Notes under the pieces: generated by a model
Told to the model about the DNA's origin: nothing
Database searches by the model: none
What the model saw: the letters and a program-made list of their open reading frames with translations, nothing else
In this document: in pieces, positions 56,595 to 64,000 of the stretch
Position numbering within the stretch: position 1 is the first letter of the stretch
Layout: the number at the start of each line of letters is the position of its first letter
Translations under genes and position numbers: made by a program
NCBI RefSeq assembly: GCF_009914755.1
Contig: NC_060931.1
From: the human T2T-CHM13v2.0 reference genome, Homo sapiens
Strand: one strand, 5' to 3'
DNA length: 64,000 nucleotides

Positions 56595-56750
56595 TATCTT
56601 GAGTAGTTCTTTAATCACCCTGTCTCTGTTGCCTTATTTATAAAATAGTGATAAGATTACTTAACCTGTTAAAATTTTGTGAGAAATAAATGAGATCATA
56701 AGTGCAATGTGCGCACACAAGGCCTGTCACTTCTGAAAAAAATGTTGGTT
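56595..56750 (+). mobile_element. MIR
   Basis: TATAAAATAGTGATAAGA..TTGTGAGAAATAAATGAGATCATA. Confidence 0.65.
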
Positions 56751-59601
56751 TCCCTTTTCCCTCTGTGCAGACCAGCCTGCATTTACCCTTTAGCTGAAGC
56801 ATCTAGGCCAAGGATGTGTGTGCTCAGTGCATAGCTATTGAATGAGGAATGGGTAGAAGATTGATTGAATGAATGAATGAAGCTAGCTTATGTTCAATAA
56901 ATACCTACATTAGCATTTATGGGTGAACCCTGAATCAGTTAGGAATGCGTCGAGTCTGTTTCTAACCAGGCTGCCTCATTACTGATATTAACATTTATAT
57001 TCCCTGAAAGCATCAGGGAATCAGGAAAAGATTCTTTCCCATGTTGTTTCTGTTCTTACCTGGCCTTCTTTAGGGACATGAACTTCAGGTAGTTCTGGCT
57101 ATTAGCCACTGTACATAGACATTACATATGCATTGTTTGTTATTCTCCTTTGAATTTAAGATTGCTCTTTGACTAAGAAAGTAGAGTGTTTCCACTCTAT
57201 AATTTATCGACTAAGAAAAAGAGGCAGGAGAAAAAAAACCACACACAAGACAAACATTTAACCTAAGGCTTTCAGGGGACAAGTGCTGGTGGATTTCTGT
57301 CTCTTAATGCTTGAGTATTTTCCTGTTTTAGCTGCACGAGTGATGAAAGTGAGGTGAAGACTGATTTAAAGGCACCTTTTAGTTCAAGATGCCTTGTCTT
57401 GGCAAAGATTTTAAGATGAAACAAGGTCTCCGACTGAGCAGGCAGTTATCATTAAATTTCGTTTTCCCATTGAATTTCCATTTTTTCCCAATTGTACAAC
57501 GTCTTGATAGCATCACTGATTCCTCATGAAAATACATATTTTCTACTTGATAAAGCCACCTACAAATAACTTCTCCCATCCTCCAAATCCCACAAATGTG
57601 ATCCCTACTACAATTAGCTAACACCTAGTCACTAGTTAATCTGGTAGACCTTCCAGTTCCTTCACTGCCTCTTGGTTCCAGGTATTGCACCAGCACTGCA
57701 GAGGCAATTAGGGCAGAGGCCTTAATAAGAAGGCCTCCACTGAACTTAAAGCCAGGCATAGGGAATTCATGAAAGAAACCATAGTAAGGTGTGAGAATTG
57801 CCAGATTAAGACAGGGATAAAGTACTCTTGAAATATCCAAACAGAACACTTACTTTTGCCCAGAAGGCAGAAGCTTGAGGAAGGCCACAAGAAGGAGATA
57901 TTTCAATTAGATGCTTTTATAAATGAATTTTAAAAATCCCCATATGGGTCAAATGAATTCTAAGTGAAGAAAACAGTGTGGTCTGTGGAATAGAAATACG
58001 GAATTTTATAGAATCTCGTGCAAACAGGAATTATTTTACTCCAGCTAGTAAAGCAGGTGTTTGAAGCAGGTGGCGGGGAGTTGGCATGAGGGTGGCCGTC
58101 AGTGAGGCCAGAGAAGACCCCAGGCCAGGTGGAACATGTCCCTGTTGTACGGAAGTCCAGAGCTAGTGAGCTGATGCTCATGCATCATTTGAAATAGTAA
58201 ACATGGAAATTAAGGCATGTGCTGTTCAGAAGGCTCAGTAAATAACATGTGGAGTTAATGCTTCCTGTATACATGTAGACTTAGGTAAGCAAAGCCTGAG
58301 GTTCTTGGGCCTTTTCACTTGCTATTGCCATGGAAGAGCCAACAAACTATCTCTCTCAGTTCCAGCAGTCCTGGTTCATGGCTATTTACATGCAAATGTC
58401 AACACCAGATTGAAAACATCAGAGTGATTTTGCTATAAATAAAAAGTACATTAGACTTTTAGATTTTCTTTGGGATCTGTTAGTGAGCATTACCTGTGCG
58501 TGCAGACCTGTACAAGACATCTTGGAAGTGATAGGAAAAAACAGCATTCTCGTGTGTAGTAGATAGATTCCTATTTTCACACCCTTCTCTAGATATCTGT
58601 CAGATGATCTTATACTCATATTTTTGAGGAAGCAAGAGTGGGATATCTGTTAGAGCCCCATTTGGGCAAAGAGTAAATAGAGGGGCACAGTTTTTATGGA
58701 AGCCTGGAATGATGGATTACATTTTAATAAGGAGAGAAATTTGGTTGCAGGGATACGAATAAGCAGGTTGAATGGAGGGGCAGACTGGGAGGCTGAGTCT
58801 CAGGACCGCAGGGCCAGAGCAGCACCTGCAGGTGAGAGGTCTGCAGAGAATGGCAGCATGTTTGGAGTGCATGTGAGGCAGGGGCATGGGGGCTTAGAGT
58901 GCTCCTCTTCTCATGGTGGGCTCACATATGTGATGTCTACTTGTGTTTGGAAGCCTGGGTGACAGGTAGACCACCTGTGAAGGATGGGGAAAGAGATTCC
59001 TCACTTTAGTAGCATTATCAAGTTCAAGCACCAGTATGGAAATAGGAAGAAAGCAAAAGTATGTACTCCTCCCGGCTAAGCAGGTTGTGAGAATCCCAGC
59101 ATCCTTGCACACCCTGGGATGCGCTCACCACAGAGGGGTGTGCGCTGGTCTCAAGGGAAAAACAGAAGCAGGCCTTTTTGAATTGAAGTGCAATTGGTGT
59201 AATATAGGCAAAATAGCAACTCTTTTCCTAAAGGAACATATCGTGCCCAATTTTAATTAGCTCTGATGAAGTCTAGGAAAATGGGTGACTCGTCAGAGAA
59301 GCTGTTAAACTTCAGAGAAAAACTGCCTATAGCCCCAAGGTATTCCTTACTTTGACAAAATTCTTATTTTTCCTTAAGTGTTTGTCACTGTGAAACCCGT
59401 CCCATTTCCAGGTGCCGTCACTGTTGGTATAGCTTGAAAAAGCAACACACTTCCTATGGTAAGGGCAGCTTATGGGTGTTTGCAGGTGCAAGGCAAAGAG
59501 ACACAAAAATCTAGATGTCAGAAAGAAAATATAACCAGGGGGTGAAATAGAAGGGAATTATCATAAAAATCAAGATGAATTGGTAATGAATCAGATGCAT
59601 A

Positions 59602-60530
59602 TTTTTTTCTCTTTTTGAACAGTTTTATTGAGATATTAATGGCATACAACAAATTGCACATATTTTAAAGTGCACACATTAATAAGCTTTGGTGTATGTA
59701 TACATCCAGAAACTCACCCCTCAATCAAGATGCTGAATGTGTGTGTCTCTCCTGAGAGTTTCCTCCACGCCCTCTGTGACACCTCACCTCGCTCCTCCCA
59801 GGCAGCCAGAGATGCCCTTTCTGCCATGGAATGTTTGTGTGCATTTCCTAGAACGATACATAAATGGAACCATATAGGATGAATTCTTTCGTTGTCAGAC
59901 TTCCTTCTTTATCCCTTCCAATAGGCGTATAGCAATATCTCATTGTGGTTTCGTTCGCACTTGCCTAGTGAGAAATGTTGTTGAAAAGTTTTTCGTGGAC
60001 TTACTCGTCTCTCCTCTGTCTTCTTTGGTAAAATACCTGGTCAAATCCATTGTCAGTTGTATAATTGGATTTTGTCTTGTTTTATTTTGTTACCATTTAA
60101 TTTTGAGAGTTTCAAGAAATATATTCTGGATACAATTCCTTTGACAAATATATCGTTGGCAAATATTTTCTCTCACTCTAGCTCTTCTTTTCTTTCATTC
60201 TCTTAACAGTATCATTAGAAAATAAAATTCCTCATTTTGATGACGTCCAGTTTGCCAGTTGGTTCTCTTATAGATTATGCTTTTGGTGACTGCCTAGGAA
60301 ATCTCTGCCTAGTAGAGAGGGTCACAAGGTTCTCTTCTATCTTTTTTTTCTAGAAGTTTTAACATTTAGGTCTGTGGTTCATTTTGAGATAATTGTATAT
60401 TGTATGAAGTACGGGTTGAAGTTCATTTTTTCTGCATATGGCTATCTAGTCATTCCAATACCATTTCTCGAAAAGACGATCCTTCCTCCTTGAAATATGG
60501 CAGTAACAAATTATAGCACATGTGATATAA
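59602..60530 (-). mobile_element. L1MC-type 3' end with internal deletion
   Basis: TTTTATTGAGAT..AAATTGCACATATTTTAAAGTG..CAATCAAGAT..ATCTCATTGTGGTTT..ATATTCTGGATACAA. Confidence 0.88.
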
Positions 60531-60610
60531 ATGACTTGCAAAGCCACACTTCCAACCTGCATTAGGAATGGACGGTTACAAGGGCCGCTCCAGGAGCCCC
60601 CCTGGAGGAA

Positions 60611-60761
60611 AATGGAAACTGCCATTGGCTGGCAGCCTGTTGGGTAAGAATGGAAACTGCCGTTGGCTGGCAGCCTGTTGGGTAAGAATGGAAACTGCCA
60701 TTGGCCGGCAGCCTGTTGGGTAAGAATGGAAACTGCCATTGGCCGGCAGCCTGTTGGGTAA
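60611..60761. repeat. VNTR, 4 x 38 bp AATGGAAACTGCC(A/G)TTGGC(T/C)GGCAGCCTGTTGGGTAAG
   Basis: Units start at 60611, 60649, 60687, 60725; only two variable positions. Confidence 0.97.
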
Positions 60762-61059
60762 ACCGCATCAGGCTGCATTCACGGATGCTCTTCTGTGGCA
60801 CTGATGGGATGACTCCAGGAAGTCTATGGGGAAGTACCACAAAATGTGGAGGAAGATGGCACTAGACACCTGAGGAGGGACCACATGACCTCCATCCAGG
60901 TGCCAAATAATTACAGTTGAGATGATTTCCCTGCCTCTACTAACCCAAATTCACCCAAATTCATTGTCCACGTTGGTGTTAGGTGATATTTCCAAAAAAT
61001 TCTGTTATGCCACTCCTTTGAAAATTTCCTAGGAACCTCAGGTAGGTCCTTCTTCTTCA

Positions 61060-61790
<731 letters not shown>

Positions 61791-61944
61791 CAGTGAATTT
61801 CTGTGTTATTCATACTCATCCTACTTTCATGGAGTTTTTATGAAAAGGATGATGACCTTCAGCCATGGGGAGCATTGCACTGCCTCCTTCCAAGGACCAC
61901 CTGGGCTCCCTGGCCATGAGCCAGTTGCCCCAAAGGCATTTGAC

Positions 61945-62430
61945 TTAGATTAACCTGAAAACATCGATGTCATCATCCCTCAGCCCTGCTCAGAAAGCTG
62001 CAGGGAGCCTTCACCCTTTCAGGACCGAGGCCAAGCTCCCCAGGCTGGCTTTATACATCCTCTAACAGAAGCTGGCCCTATCCCGTTTCCACTTAATTGA
62101 CTCTTCCCCATGGGATACTCTCCTTAATTAAAATTCATCTCTACCCCCTAATAAGCGTATGTGTTCCTACCTCCATGACTTTGCACCCTGAAATGCTCTC
62201 AGATTCCAGTAAAATCTCCCTTCTCCTCTTTAATCTCCAAGTTTCTATGTTTTGGGGCTCTGAGTCTCTTCTCCCCATAAAGTCTCCCTTTCTGAATTTC
62301 CAGCCTCACTGCCCACTGAACATCTAACCAGATACTGCTTTGTGTATTGAGTTTGATGGTATAATTAGATGGTGTATATTTCTGCCACCCACGGCACAGC
62401 CTGGTGAATTGCAATCTTTATTCATTGATA
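61945..62430 (+). mobile_element. L2 fragment
   Basis: CTGAAAACATCGATGTCATCATCCCTCAGCCCTGCTCAGAAAGCTGCA..CCAAGCTCCCCAGGCTGGC. Confidence 0.5.
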
Positions 62431-63560
62431 TTGTGATAGCAGTGAACTTGGGTGTGGGGAAAGTTTAATGAAGGTCAAGCAGAAGATATGTAAAGCTCTA
62501 AATACAGAGAGTGATGATTTATTCAGAGAAATAAGAGAATCCATGGGGAATACCAGACTCTAGCTTCCTTGTGGACAAGAAGCATTCCTGTGCCTCTGTG
62601 TGCTCTGTGCTCCTTCTCCCTAACTAGATCCCCACCCTTGCCCTAGCTTGGTGCACTGATACCATACGTCGATGCAGACACTAAAGAGATGACTTCCACC
62701 TCCTCACAAATATTCAGGTAGAAGACCTTCCCTCGGAACACCCGGTCATCAGAGAGTGTTCCTGATTTCGCTTTTGCAAACAAGAGGTAGTCCAGCTTGG
62801 AAGAACATCCAGCGCCTTCCCTGAAATTCATCTGTTCTCCACTTTCCACTCTTGACTGTCATAACAAAGGACAGTTGTAGGTGGTGCCCAGTGACCCAAC
62901 TCAGTCAGCTTTATCTATTGGCAATAAGGTAGTATTGACATATCAATATTTCCTTGCCAAGATGCTCATTTGTTCTTAATAAGAATCAATAATGTTCAAT
63001 TAATATAGATTATGTCACTAAGTAGTTAATTTAGAATGTCGTTGCTTTGCAGTTCATATCCTAACCCACCTGATCCTAACAGCATCCACCTAGGAGCCCA
63101 GACCGTTGGGAAGGAGAAGAGCAGAAAACCTAACTGGTCCACCTGGAAGACCTAGAATTTCATTCCAGCAGGAGCGGCCCACCCAGGAAAGGGCCTCCCT
63201 CCCACAGCAGCTGCTGGGAATCACTCTCTTTGATGACATCATTGTCATCTGGGCAGGGAGCAGAACCATTTTGGGGTTTCCCATCCATTCAGTGCTCCCA
63301 CTGAGGTCTTGGAGTATGGCCCAGATGGCTGTAGATGTGCAAACTTACGATCATCCTGGAGCACGGGGCCCTGTGTCATATGGATCCTGCTTGATGTGTA
63401 GATAGTGCATTATTTTCCTACTTGAGCTCTTTCCTTTTCCAGGTACATAGACAGGGTTGCCTTGAGGCTTAGTCACCCTTCGCCCATTCTGTCTTACTAC
63501 TACAGAGGGTGAGAGACTGGACAAAGGGGCCCTCAGTGTAATTTTCACTTCACATATTTT

Positions 63561-63901
<341 letters not shown>

Positions 63902-64000
63902 TTATGCAACTCTGGTTAGATAATGAAGGTCATGATACACCTAGAAGGTTACAGATTTCAACTGGATTAACCATTGTTATACAAACATATGTGCATGTGG

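Noticed and set aside
58390-58397. Isolated octamer ATGCAAAT (another near 36811)
   Set aside because: A few copies are expected by chance in 64 kb; no supporting context
60446-60840. Repeat-containing ORFs
   Set aside because: Frame-cycling translation of the 38-bp VNTR
62643-62849. Minus-strand 68-aa ORF as a coding exon
   Set aside because: No recognisable homology, non-ATG start and no convincing minus-strand splice sites

Overview
Primate, most likely human or great-ape, non-coding genomic DNA: AluJ/AluS SINEs, an L1PA2-type LINE, older L1M/HAL1/L2/MIR elements, MaLR/ERVL LTRs and hAT MITEs. I recognise no host protein-coding exon, CpG island, RNA gene or CRISPR array, and I cannot assign the locus. 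Almost all ORFs in the track are chance or repeat-derived. The exceptions are an L1 ORF2p C-terminal remnant (30460-30831) and 5282-5512, which reads as a decayed integrase core. Main observations: (1) a heavily decayed but collinear Ty3/Gypsy pol fossil (protease-RT-RNase H-integrase, ~2080-5720, + strand), split by an MLT2 LTR; (2) a 1.26 kb minisatellite built from the ETS site ACAGGAAGTG; (3) a ~40-bp minisatellite with a 9-bp hairpin core and NKX2-type sites (27807-28580); (4) a 4x38-bp VNTR (60611-60761); (5) an Alu-tail-derived (GGAA)10; (6) splice signals suggesting a + strand non-coding transcript. I found no convincing novel biological system. Repeat subfamily calls come from remembered consensus sequences, and boundaries of old elements are approximate.
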